From a virus: a stretch of 64,000 bases of DNA. Shown piece after piece: positions 56,601 to 63,999 of the stretch. The stretch lies in IMG/VR virus record IMGVR_UViG_3300009431_000003. One strand, written 5' to 3'. The notes beneath the pieces were generated by a model, which worked only from the letters and a program-made list of their open reading frames with translations, did not search any database and had not been told where the DNA came from. The number at the start of each line of letters is the position of its first letter. Position 1 is the stretch's first letter. Position numbers and translations under genes: made by a program.

Positions 56601-57073
56601 TCAGCCTGAGAAAATCCCTGTGCTCCGCCAGCTCCACCAAATTTTCCTCCCGCCTGACTCAAATACCTATTTGTATTAAAATAATCTTGAGCCCCTTGGT
56701 ACACATTCTTCCCAGCAAATTCAGCTCCCATCATTCCTGCCGTAGCTGGGATCATACCACCAAACATAGCAACCCTTCCTGCCATCCCTAAAGCCCCACC
56801 AACTTTACCATAGTTGCCGTATTTTAAAGATCCTGCCATGAGACCTAACATTCCCATATTAGTTGCTTTGGAAACTCCACTGCCTACTCCGCCAGCCATA
56901 GACCACATACCAGCGGCATTCTCCATAGGATCTTGGGAGAAAACACTTCCACCCATACTGAGATTTGATGATCCCACTATTTGTTGAGTAAGCATTTGAG
57001 ATTGGGCATTAGTCATCATTGTAGCTTGACGGTGTGTACCCATCATTTGAGTAATCTGTGTGGATGTAAACAT
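53618..57073 (-). CDS. Tail tape measure protein
   Basis: 1151 aa Gly/Ala/Met-rich helical protein at the head of the baseplate operon; GGAGG RBS. Confidence 0.75.
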   Translation of the reverse strand: MFTSTQITQMMGTHRQATMMTNAQSQMLTQQIVGSSNLSMGGSVFSQDPMENAAGMWSMAGGVGSGVSKATNMGMLGLMAGSLKYGNYGKVGGALGMAGRVAMFGGMIPATAGMMGAEFAGKNVYQGAQDYFNTNRYLSQAGGKFGGAGGAQGFSQADKNQIYKTIRELSTLKEFGGEVGKALDSLKNFDRMGLMQGVRGAKEFSKRFKEAVEGTIEVSEVLGATFKNAQKMVASLNRMGINPRAARGVAQGLRATADATGLTVNQLHSLQQEGGAMGYGLGGAKVSGYTGAGREINLVNQMYRGGGLSEGMLQAGVGIGGVEGMAQASILSQQAGHRIAQSRFGRKLLSRGVFAKAFGKVSRGRYTGALDQEMIQQAISGQLSFDDLRGMGEDKYKELDWAGRESFLLNKQQLSAEAGSQLGGLGWGSIFSKTFQDRYGDSYRGKSRGEAASAFFMRVGGMDRRQALLMSQMVQQTPGAQRDVVESQYASLRKQAEENVRRRREEGQDVWAGMKKVWREGWGDLRTYFRDIGANLAYQKGSVGKGGGKTTWDDSFNRAIADFDRSEMIGDPGTPITMSAEAARFRGRFTNIRKPLIGEAGISSIGAFDPEAEGVFPITKGTIGEVAGLEERRRGLARGEGADVDALLAGDPSAVENFGRWYLESQGREKEGVKGVHPELRKMTHEERLTAFGGYMRRFDPRGVERRGTRLRQYITDLGALKQQYDKTKNAGKKKKLKRRIARMTSIIGKSDDSGVFSDLTDKDVTNIQEVITGLKEKRDKLAYDDPERGMVDNEIGDLERSITRRQGLSEITDYDARVQNEYDAMLRSDEDFPMRGGDPYNIRKIVETPLGRGAVGEAASARQEYSRRFSAFASKYGKDDWGIDWQTDRDDEMEKLGPDAFAAFGKFSVEELERISGAPNKAAMIKEISTEKRMRLKYGEKRMRLKYGERQDVASLIEKVQARGGKFGQARTDAIALGKAFDAKTKAALRAGFQERFADFEDIMSEESIGGKDITIEELRELGSGSSMASNLFKSIMGRDRKLKKKVLADTQKLGKLSDDTYKELERQMELLATEGAREGVRKETSTGKEDTEVSAELIKLQGEEVANSKVIIEKIVAQTEALTSFTKQLPEILSAAVAGVPYQTASGEE
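54228..54281 (-). repeat. Perfect 27-bp tandem duplication (EKRMRLKYG x2)
   Basis: CCATACTTAAGTCTCATTCTTTTTTCT at 54228 and 54255. Confidence 0.97.
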
Positions 57074-57175
57074 TGAGCCTCCAATATAGGACTCTTAACA
57101 AGATACCCGAAAACAGAAAGAAAATACAACATAAGAGTACTGAGAGACAGATAATTTATATAAAAAGGAGAAAAA

Positions 57176-57436
57176 ATGATTGAATCTATTGCAGCCGGGG
57201 CCTTAATTCTTGCTAAAGTAACGGCCCCAATCGGGACTGCCCTGGGAGGCGCTACCCTAATTGACATAGGATGGCGAAACGGGACCAAATGTGAACGGTC
57301 CAGGGAGGGGGTGTTCGTACGGTGGGAAGGGAGCAAAAAGCCTCCATTCTCATTAATAAAAATAGCTAAAGCAAGTATGAAAGGCGTCCCCGAAAAAAAT
57401 AAAGGAAAGATCATACAGCTCGATGTAACCTACTAG
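57176..57436 (+). CDS. Small membrane protein
   Basis: AAGGAG RBS, hydrophobic N-terminus, own terminator. Confidence 0.75.
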   Translation: MIESIAAGALILAKVTAPIGTALGGATLIDIGWRNGTKCERSREGVFVRWEGSKKPPFSLIKIAKASMKGVPEKNKGKIIQLDVTY

Positions 57437-57443
57437 CCTTTTT

Positions 57444-57467
57444 AACCGGGGAATCCCCCGGTTTTTT
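57444..57467 (+). terminator. Rho-independent terminator
   Basis: AACCGGGG-AATC-CCCCGGTT stem followed by TTTT. Confidence 0.88.
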
Positions 57468-57502
57468 ACCTGAAAACTTTAAAGAAAGCACCCAAAAGAG
57501 AA

Positions 57503-57628
57503 ATGCCTCTAGGAGTATTTGAATTGCAGATACGATTAGAGAGCCGAGAGGGTTTGCAGCAGGATGAGGGACGTGCTCCGAAGAAGCCTGCGAAGCGCCA
57601 GCACGAAGGCCAACTCAATTTTTATTGA
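57503..57628 (+). CDS. Possible 41 aa ORF (MPLGVFELQIRLESREGLQQDEGRAPKKPAKRQHEGQLNFY)
   Basis: Open frame across an otherwise unexplained GC-rich gap; weak RBS. Confidence 0.3.
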   Translation: MPLGVFELQIRLESREGLQQDEGRAPKKPAKRQHEGQLNFY

Positions 57629-57827
57629 TGATTTCATTTATTTGCCAAGCAATATAAGTTTTAACGATGGACCGCTCAAAACGGTTCATAGTATCCTGAT
57701 TTTCGGCCTGCATAAACCAACCATTAAACTTAGAAAATAATTTATCTACCAATATCTTCCTCTCTTCCGCAGTTTTAGGTGGAGAATTTGCAATATCAGC
57801 CAAAATAGTATTGATAGTATTATTCAT
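57615..57827 (-). CDS. Hypothetical protein
   Basis: 70 aa, overlaps the stop of the upstream RHH gene. Confidence 0.7.
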   Translation of the reverse strand: MNNTINTILADIANSPPKTAEERKILVDKLFSKFNGWFMQAENQDTMNRFERSIVKTYIAWQINEIINKN

Positions 57828-58155
57828 TTTCCATCTTTTGTAGGTTAGGTAAATTAAATTTTTTTATCAATAGACTGATCGCTGCTTCTTCTGAAGACCC
57901 TTCAGGAAGCAGTCCAAGGTGCTCTATCTTTACAGTTCTCCCATTTAATTGGCTGGCAATTACATAACCAGTAAAGCTGGTACCGTGACCAAGATCTACA
58001 AAGTATTGTGTCTCAGCAAGGATACGGTCTACTTCCTTTCTGAGTATTCTATTTACAAACTTATTTACAGAATATTCAGAAAGCTTTGCCGCTCTTGTAA
58101 TTTTCCCTTTAAAAGAAGGATGTACACGTATCCGTAATGAAGTTCTTTTATCCAT
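57820..58155 (-). CDS. Ribbon-helix-helix (HicB/DUF1778-like) DNA-binding protein
   Basis: TSLRIRVHPSFKGKITRAAKLSEYSVNKFVNRIL; start set at ATG 58155. Confidence 0.65.
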   Translation of the reverse strand: MDKRTSLRIRVHPSFKGKITRAAKLSEYSVNKFVNRILRKEVDRILAETQYFVDLGHGTSFTGYVIASQLNGRTVKIEHLGLLPEGSSEEAAISLLIKKFNLPNLQKMENE

Positions 58156-58191
58156 AGCCACCACTATCACATAGAAAGGGGACATAAGTCA

Positions 58192-59508
58192 ATGAAAGCC
58201 GCAAAAATTAAAATGATACAAGTACGTAACGGAGGAAAGCACCGTATCTGGAACGCCTCCATAAAAGATAACACAGTATGTTCGACTTGGGGCCGGCACA
58301 AGGGAAAAGCACAAACTACTACAGTAGAATACCAAACTTTGAATAAAGGAAAGAAGAACGAAAAATCCCCAGAGAGAGTTGCAGAGGAAGACTTCGCAAG
58401 AAAAGTAAAGCTCAAAATGAGAGAAGGCTTTGTAGAGTGGGACGGAGAAAATACCCCAGAGATATTATCTGCAATTGATCCAAGAGCGCCTCTGCCAGAG
58501 AGCACTCGATTTTGGAAGCCTCAGAATACCTTAAACAAGACAATGATACGCGCAACAGAACATACTGATAGTGTTGTGTACGTACGAAAACGGGAGGGAG
58601 AAGCCTTTTTTATTCAAGCTCTTGGGAATCGCAAATATATTATGTATTCCAGGACAATGCAGCAAACTTTTAAAGATGAGCCCAACATTCCCTGGCTCAC
58701 ACGGTTCCCGTATCTCCATATGGCACTTGAGCAAATCGATCTATGCGCTGGTTCTATTTTCGGTATTGAACTAATAGCCTCCAACAAACAAGACAAAGAT
58801 AACTTTACGCTCCTATCTAAAATTACTTCTTCTTTAACCAAAGAAGCACTAAAAATACAAAAGGAGCATAGCTGGCCTATAAGGGCATATGTCTGGGGAG
58901 TAATGTACCTTAGCGGTCAGTTGCCTGAAATGGATATGATTTCTTTGACACTACAACTAGAAGATATGTTCTCTGCAGATAGTACAGGGGTTCTACTACC
59001 ACCTGAAATACACAGATTTGACTCAACTGAGGTTGCCTTAGACAAAGCTGAAGTATTCAAATATGAAGGGTGGGTTGTTCATGATCTTCGGAAAGATTTG
59101 GGAAATAAACTCTATACATTAACCGGAAAAACCCCAAGGCCCTCTTCTATAGCCAAATTGAAGCCGGAGGGGGAAGATGACTTTATTATTATGTGGGACC
59201 CGGAAAAGAAAGTAGGGACCTATGGAACAGGGAAAAATAAATCTTTGCCTGGATCTGTAGGACTATTCCAATATAATACCCAAGGAGCATTAGTCTATCT
59301 AGGTAATTGTGGTAATTTTACTGATGCTATGAGAAAAAAACTAGGAGACAGAAAACTATACCCATTTGTTTGGAAGGTGCGGTACAAAGAAAGGAAATAC
59401 AAAGCAAATGGAAATCCTAATAACTCAGTAATACAGCCTAAGTATGACAGCGTTAGAAAAGATAAGGCTCCAGAAGAGTGCCTCAACGACCTACTAGATA
59501 TATTATAG
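58192..59508 (+). CDS. ATP-dependent DNA ligase-like protein with N-terminal WGR domain
   Basis: TWGR in a WGR-type N-terminus; motif I RKREG, III GIEL, IV YEGWVV, V AKLKP; OB-fold with LGNCG.FTD..R and P.Y...R.DK. Confidence 0.82.
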   Translation: MKAAKIKMIQVRNGGKHRIWNASIKDNTVCSTWGRHKGKAQTTTVEYQTLNKGKKNEKSPERVAEEDFARKVKLKMREGFVEWDGENTPEILSAIDPRAPLPESTRFWKPQNTLNKTMIRATEHTDSVVYVRKREGEAFFIQALGNRKYIMYSRTMQQTFKDEPNIPWLTRFPYLHMALEQIDLCAGSIFGIELIASNKQDKDNFTLLSKITSSLTKEALKIQKEHSWPIRAYVWGVMYLSGQLPEMDMISLTLQLEDMFSADSTGVLLPPEIHRFDSTEVALDKAEVFKYEGWVVHDLRKDLGNKLYTLTGKTPRPSSIAKLKPEGEDDFIIMWDPEKKVGTYGTGKNKSLPGSVGLFQYNTQGALVYLGNCGNFTDAMRKKLGDRKLYPFVWKVRYKERKYKANGNPNNSVIQPKYDSVRKDKAPEECLNDLLDIL

Positions 59509-59694
59509 TACTGGTTTTTCCGCTAAACATTTTGCACATTTATAAACCCCGCCACCTTTTCCTAGTGGGAGGGGCCTGAAATACGCAGTACCGTGACATC
59601 CTGGAACTTTACAAGGGGCCGTCACAGGAATATTGAGGTCAGTTCTACTGGCCTCTGTCTTTTTCTTTACTCCTATTTTGTACACTTTTGTCAT
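59503..59694 (-). CDS. Small Zn-finger protein
   Basis: CKVPGC...YKCAKC; AGGAGGAG RBS. Confidence 0.7.
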   Translation of the reverse strand: MTKVYKIGVKKKTEASRTDLNIPVTAPCKVPGCHGTAYFRPLPLGKGGGVYKCAKCLAEKPVL

Positions 59695-60280
59695 GTGGAA
59701 TAACTCCTCCTTTTAAATTGCTAAACTCAAACCGACTCTCTGGCCTTTTTTGAGTTCCCTTTTTATTTGCTTTATTTATGTCTATTCCTGCTTTAATAGG
59801 TACAACCTTATTCTCTTCTTTATGAAAGCTATGCAAGAAGTCGCACATAATTCTTGTAGCATGATACATTTCATACTTTTGGTGTAGAAGAGCTTCCGCA
59901 TTAAAAAACATAGGAGAAGCTTCTTCATTATCTGTACGGACCAGAAGGCTCAACAAGTCTACTTTAGCTTTAGACGTTAAAGGAACAACGTCTAGCTGAT
60001 TAAGTAAAAGAATATGAAGCAGATTTACTCGCTTTCCAAGCTCCCCCACTACCTGGAAGTATATATAATCTCGAACAGAGCTTTCTATAATAAGGCCACT
60101 GATTTCCCGGACCTTTGTCAGGAGTCCTCTTTTTACGAGTTTCTTCTGATCGTCCTGTGTCCCATTTAGTGCTTGTAATACTCCACTAAGCTGCATTGCT
60201 ACTGTTCTGGAAAAAGACTCCATTCCTTTAACTGCTTTTTCAAGAAGACCTATTCGAGTAGTATCATTGAGTTTCTTCAT
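59645..60280 (-). CDS. Hypothetical protein
   Basis: 211 aa, ATGA overlap, AAGGGAAG RBS. Confidence 0.75.
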   Translation of the reverse strand: MKKLNDTTRIGLLEKAVKGMESFSRTVAMQLSGVLQALNGTQDDQKKLVKRGLLTKVREISGLIIESSVRDYIYFQVVGELGKRVNLLHILLLNQLDVVPLTSKAKVDLLSLLVRTDNEEASPMFFNAEALLHQKYEMYHATRIMCDFLHSFHKEENKVVPIKAGIDINKANKKGTQKRPESRFEFSNLKGGVIPHDKSVQNRSKEKDRGQ

Positions 60281-60573
60281 TTGCTTCCCTTCTTATGCTG
60301 CTTCTTAGAACTCTCCACAATTTGTAAGGACTCATCCATCCTTTTTAATTCCTCCTTCAGATCTGCAATACTCTTTTCAATATCAGCACCTACATCCGCA
60401 ATAACTTCAGCAGGTACTTCCCCTCCTAACTCCTCTGGAGCAGGAACCACCTTATCTGCAGGCCCTGCATCCGTAGGCAAACATAGCTCAATCTCCTTTA
60501 TAATGTCCTCCCAAACAGCAATCTTCAATTGTTTTTTGGTATATACTTCTCTTACTTCACCAAATGTTGGCAT
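60277..60573 (-). CDS. Hypothetical acidic coiled-coil protein
   Basis: Start set at ATG 60573 behind GGAGGA. Confidence 0.75.
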   Translation of the reverse strand: MPTFGEVREVYTKKQLKIAVWEDIIKEIELCLPTDAGPADKVVPAPEELGGEVPAEVIADVGADIEKSIADLKEELKRMDESLQIVESSKKQHKKGSK

Positions 60574-60588
60574 TCTTTCCTCCATAAG

Positions 60589-60665
60589 AAGTAGGCAGCA
60601 ATGGGAATCTGTCGTCCGGAGAAAATCCCACGATAATGGCGACACCCGCCGCACTGCAGTTACTT
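60589..60665 (-). ncRNA. Candidate structured intergenic RNA / 5' leader
   Basis: Nested complementary segments found by eye (AAGTA/TACTT, GCAG/CTGC, GGCG/CGCC, TGGGAT/ATTCCCA) immediately upstream of an RBS. Confidence 0.35.
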
Positions 60666-60965
60666 TTAGATTACTCTTACATGCCCTGCGCCTATATCAC
60701 TGCGCTTTTCAACAGGAAGCCCGAGTATCTTCAAAGAATTATTTTCCCACGATGTATTAAATTGTTTTTCCAACTCTTCAAAAGAATCAAAGGGTTCTTG
60801 TATGCCTGCACCAGATAAGATAAGATTTAACACGGCGGCTTTTGAAGATTCTGTATCAGCAACCAAAATACCTACAGGATTAATCTTTTGCACCTCAAGC
60901 AGCCTTCTCTGCTCAATAATATTCTCGACAGAAAGGGGAAGTAAATAGACATTCTTAGCCTCCAC
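60666..60965 (-). CDS. Hypothetical protein
   Basis: 99 aa, GTG start overlapping the upstream gene. Confidence 0.65.
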   Translation of the reverse strand: MEAKNVYLLPLSVENIIEQRRLLEVQKINPVGILVADTESSKAAVLNLILSGAGIQEPFDSFEELEKQFNTSWENNSLKILGLPVEKRSDIGAGHVRVI

Positions 60966-61227
60966 TTTTTGAGTTTAAAGATATCTGCATATTCTCTATC
61001 TTCCCAACAGGCACTTCTATTCTAGGGCTGACGCATGGAGGCTCCAACTCTATAATCTTAACCAATTTAACTCGCCCAGAAGTAATGCCCTCACGATCTT
61101 GATCATTAAATCCTTCCCATATTAAATCCGCTTTATTCCGTATAGGCTGAATGAGCGCGTCATCCACTTTTGTAGTTTCTAGGCAATTGATTGCCAACTT
61201 TAATACTAGGTACTTACTTTCGTCCAT
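60955..61227 (-). CDS. Hypothetical protein
   Basis: Start set at ATG 61227 behind AAGGAG. Confidence 0.7.
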   Translation of the reverse strand: MDESKYLVLKLAINCLETTKVDDALIQPIRNKADLIWEGFNDQDREGITSGRVKLVKIIELEPPCVSPRIEVPVGKIENMQISLNSKSGG

Positions 61228-61238
61228 AATCTTTCTCC

Positions 61239-61940
61239 TTATGCGTTTAGGAAATTCTTCATACACTTCACAATATCCTGATTCGCGGTAACGTCCTCAA
61301 TAATCCGTTCCATTGTATAGATTAGAGGCTCCCGTTTAGCTCGAACATCTTTTGTAATAGTCCGACTCATTAAGTGCGGCCTAATATCAGTCTTACAGTA
61401 CTTCAAGTACACATCGCCCTTAAATTCTATTTTTTGAATTTCTTCCGCTAAAACCTCTGCCCAATGCTGAATAGAAAGAGCAAGCACTCTTTCAGCAGTT
61501 AGAGTTTCCGGGTTCCACCTTAGTTGGCAATGAGGACAGACAGCAATACTGCCTCCGTCTGGTATGCCCAGCTTTACTGACTCTTCTATAGTAGGCATAG
61601 ACCATCCAGCAGAGAAGTCACTAGAAATCACTCTCCCACAACCATACCCTTTACGTACAGCATCTGGAACGTCTTTGTGCATACACCAAAAACCTGCAAT
61701 GTCTCCGTCTCCTCCAAGGCCTTTCCCAGCCGCCCACATCTTTATAATCCCAGAAAAAGGTTTATGTAGAGACCTGTTGGAAGTAAGGTGTACGTCCAGT
61801 TTCCATTCCGGAGCCAGACTCTTATCTTCAAGACCAAACAATTCCCGAAATTCTTTCTTATCCTTTTCAGTAATATTTACCTTTTTCTCTTTATCTACCT
61901 GTTGATCAGTAGCTGGTGCTATAGATGCCCGCTTTGTCAT
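61239..61940 (-). CDS. Hypothetical protein with putative Zn site
   Basis: Start set at ATG 61940 behind GAGGGG; WC...GCG...CPHC. Confidence 0.75.
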   Translation of the reverse strand: MTKRASIAPATDQQVDKEKKVNITEKDKKEFRELFGLEDKSLAPEWKLDVHLTSNRSLHKPFSGIIKMWAAGKGLGGDGDIAGFWCMHKDVPDAVRKGYGCGRVISSDFSAGWSMPTIEESVKLGIPDGGSIAVCPHCQLRWNPETLTAERVLALSIQHWAEVLAEEIQKIEFKGDVYLKYCKTDIRPHLMSRTITKDVRAKREPLIYTMERIIEDVTANQDIVKCMKNFLNA

Positions 61941-61941
61941 A

Positions 61942-62448
61942 CTAACCCCTCGACCTTTTTGGGTTAAATGTTTGTTTATCAAAAGAAGGCACAGCACCAC
62001 CCCCAAGCTCACTAGGTTGATTTCTTCCTGGAGGAGCTCCAAGCATAGGTATCTCAGATACAGCAGTAGGCTGAATAAAGTTCTCGACTCTAAAACAGTC
62101 TGCAAGAGCCAAAATTGATGAAACAGCATTTTCGGGAGCAAATTGAGCTAAAATAATCCACTGATACTTTATATCACCCACAAGAACAAATTCCTTAAGA
62201 GTACGTACTGAAAATGTAGACTCAGAAGAGCGTGCTGCTATATGAACCTCTTTTAATACTTCCTTTGTCCACATGGGCTCAGTCTTTATGTCAGCATAGA
62301 AACCATTCCCATCATACCCACCTACTCGGATAGCAAGACTCAAATAAGCAGGTTCAACCTCTGAATTTTCCAGATTTACCTGAGCCAGCTTAGTTCCCTC
62401 AATTGCCCGCACAAGAAGATCAATAGCTTCAGTTATTCCCTGAGTCAT
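61942..62448 (-). CDS. Hypothetical protein
   Basis: Start set at ATG 62448 behind GGGAGGAAG; ATGA overlap. Confidence 0.75.
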   Translation of the reverse strand: MTQGITEAIDLLVRAIEGTKLAQVNLENSEVEPAYLSLAIRVGGYDGNGFYADIKTEPMWTKEVLKEVHIAARSSESTFSVRTLKEFVLVGDIKYQWIILAQFAPENAVSSILALADCFRVENFIQPTAVSEIPMLGAPPGRNQPSELGGGAVPSFDKQTFNPKRSRG

Positions 62449-62690
62449 TTCTTCCTCCCAAAAATTTGATCCCAACGCACTCCCCCAACTACTTGAATGA
62501 CGCCTAAGTCAACAACTCCATAAATCCCATCAAGGCTTCCGTGCACAGTAATAGTAGGATTTACAAACCCTTGATTAAGGGAAATATTCTGCATACGCAT
62601 AAGATGATGATGCGCCATCTGATTAATCCGTAATGGTTGGATCGCTCTTGGAGCTGGTGGGATGTCGATCTTTTTCCGTGTGTTACTCAT
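62445..62690 (-). CDS. Hypothetical protein
   Basis: Start set at ATG 62690 overlapping the upstream stop. Confidence 0.65.
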   Translation of the reverse strand: MSNTRKKIDIPPAPRAIQPLRINQMAHHHLMRMQNISLNQGFVNPTITVHGSLDGIYGVVDLGVIQVVGGVRWDQIFGRKK

Positions 62691-63216
62691 ATGATACCGC
62701 CAATGCATACCCAACTTCATAGTCAGGCGTGTTGTAAGATTCCGTCCCTATTAATAGAGAGACATTTTCAGGTACTCTATTATCTTTAATTACTTCAATA
62801 TACCCAAAAGCAAAAACTCTTGTACCTACCACTACTAAAGAGCCGCCAAGCTGTTTATGTAGTTGTTTAGGTTCAGCAGTTAAAATCAGCTTCGGAAACA
62901 TTCGTTCTTGAGCCATCATGTTTAATGCCAGAAGCATCGCAGAAAAAAACCTTTTTCTTGTCACCTCTCCAATGCCTACAGTCCTGGCTTTTTCGTAGAT
63001 ATCCAAAGGCTGCTCGTCAGGCAATGCGTCCACCATAGAAACAACACGCTCAATATACAAAGGCTTACCTATCTCAGCAATCAACTTCTGGACCCCACCC
63101 CTTTGTAGTGCCTGCTCAATTCTCTGCATAAGAGACGCACGTTTCTCAGAACCACTAACAAGCTGAGGCAGTTCTAATATTTGAGATATACGAACAAACT
63201 CTGTTTTTGGCATCAC
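62683..63216 (-). CDS. Hypothetical protein
   Basis: 177 aa, GTGA overlap with the RHH gene. Confidence 0.75.
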   Translation of the reverse strand: MMPKTEFVRISQILELPQLVSGSEKRASLMQRIEQALQRGGVQKLIAEIGKPLYIERVVSMVDALPDEQPLDIYEKARTVGIGEVTRKRFFSAMLLALNMMAQERMFPKLILTAEPKQLHKQLGGSLVVVGTRVFAFGYIEVIKDNRVPENVSLLIGTESYNTPDYEVGYALAVSYE

Positions 63217-63404
63217 AACTGCTCGACCTCCCGCGTAATATATAAAGTAGCTTCTTTTCTACGAAGGTTCTCGAAGGCTTGAGTAATTAAAGCAGACAAA
63301 TTAGTCCTATGCCGTTTAGCATAATCCTGTGCCCACTGCTTCAATTCAGGATCAATGGCGGCATGTACCCTACCGTCTTTCTCTACTTTTGTATACTTAG
63401 GCAT
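63213..63404 (-). CDS. Ribbon-helix-helix (CopG/Arc-like) protein
   Basis: GRVHAAIDPELKQWAQDYAKRHRTNLSALITQAF; AGGAAGGG RBS. Confidence 0.75.
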   Translation of the reverse strand: MPKYTKVEKDGRVHAAIDPELKQWAQDYAKRHRTNLSALITQAFENLRRKEATLYITREVEQL

Positions 63405-63576
63405 TCTCTGCCCTTCCTTTTACTGTATGACAATATGGGCATACCCACTCATTTCCGTACTGATCCATAGGCCTTAAGCAGCTTGAGCAATTAAGTGTCG
63501 GGATCAATTTAACCTTTTCCTTCATACATGGTTTGTTTATTTTCTTCGATTCCTTCAGTTTTTTTTTATCTCTCAA
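63397..63576 (-). CDS. 59 aa Zn-ribbon protein absent from the ORF track
   Basis: GAGGAG RBS, TTG start, MRDKKKLKESKKINKPCMKEKVKLIPTLNCSSCLRPMDQYGNEWVCPYCHTVKGRAENA; just under the 60 aa cutoff. Confidence 0.75.
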   Translation of the reverse strand: MRDKKKLKESKKINKPCMKEKVKLIPTLNCSSCLRPMDQYGNEWVCPYCHTVKGRAENA

Positions 63577-63591
63577 TAAGAAACTCCTCTA

Positions 63592-63999
63592 TTATGGTGT
63601 TATTTCCTTATCTTGCACTCCAGCCTGTTCTTTTAGGTACTGAGTTATGGCTAAATCAAAAGTAGACTTTAGCTCGATAAAGGTCGGGACAAACTCTCCG
63701 TGTTCTGGGTCTGTCCATTTAATCTGACGCGCTGCGTCAAGGCAAAATTGAGTCACCAATGTCTCGTCTGGCGTATTCAAAACATCACCAAACACAGAGC
63801 TTGTTAAAGTAACTGCCTGATCTCCAGCATAGGTAAAAGTTATACTATCTCCATCCACCTTCATCCCTAAAGGACGAAGCTGCCAAATAGCATCAAGAGA
63901 ATCAATTACCTTATCAATCCCCCGCATTCCTGGAAATACTTTATCGCAGATATACTTCTTCACAAAGCTGCCAATTTGTTGAAGCAATTCTGCATTAAT
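63592..63999 (-). CDS. Hypothetical protein, 5'-truncated by the window edge
   Basis: Frame stays open from 63987 up to 63999 (INAELLQQIG...). Confidence 0.7.
   Translation of the reverse strand: MNAELLQQIGSFVKKYICDKVFPGMRGIDKVIDSLDAIWQLRPLGMKVDGDSITFTYAGDQAVTLTSSVFGDVLNTPDETLVTQFCLDAARQIKWTDPEHGEFVPTFIELKSTFDLAITQYLKEQAGVQDKEITP

Noticed and set aside
58164-58174. CTAT-CAC-ATAG palindrome between the RHH and ligase genes as an operator
   Set aside because: Only 4-bp arms, expected by chance
60593-60610. AGGCAGCAATGGGAATCT resembles the conserved 16S rRNA stretch AGGCAGCAGTGGGGAATCT
   Set aside because: Only 18 nt with a mismatch and a gap, and no flanking similarity; post hoc and likely chance
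60589-60665. Fluoride riboswitch
   Set aside because: The conserved GATG and TAATGAC elements are absent and no fluoride-related gene follows
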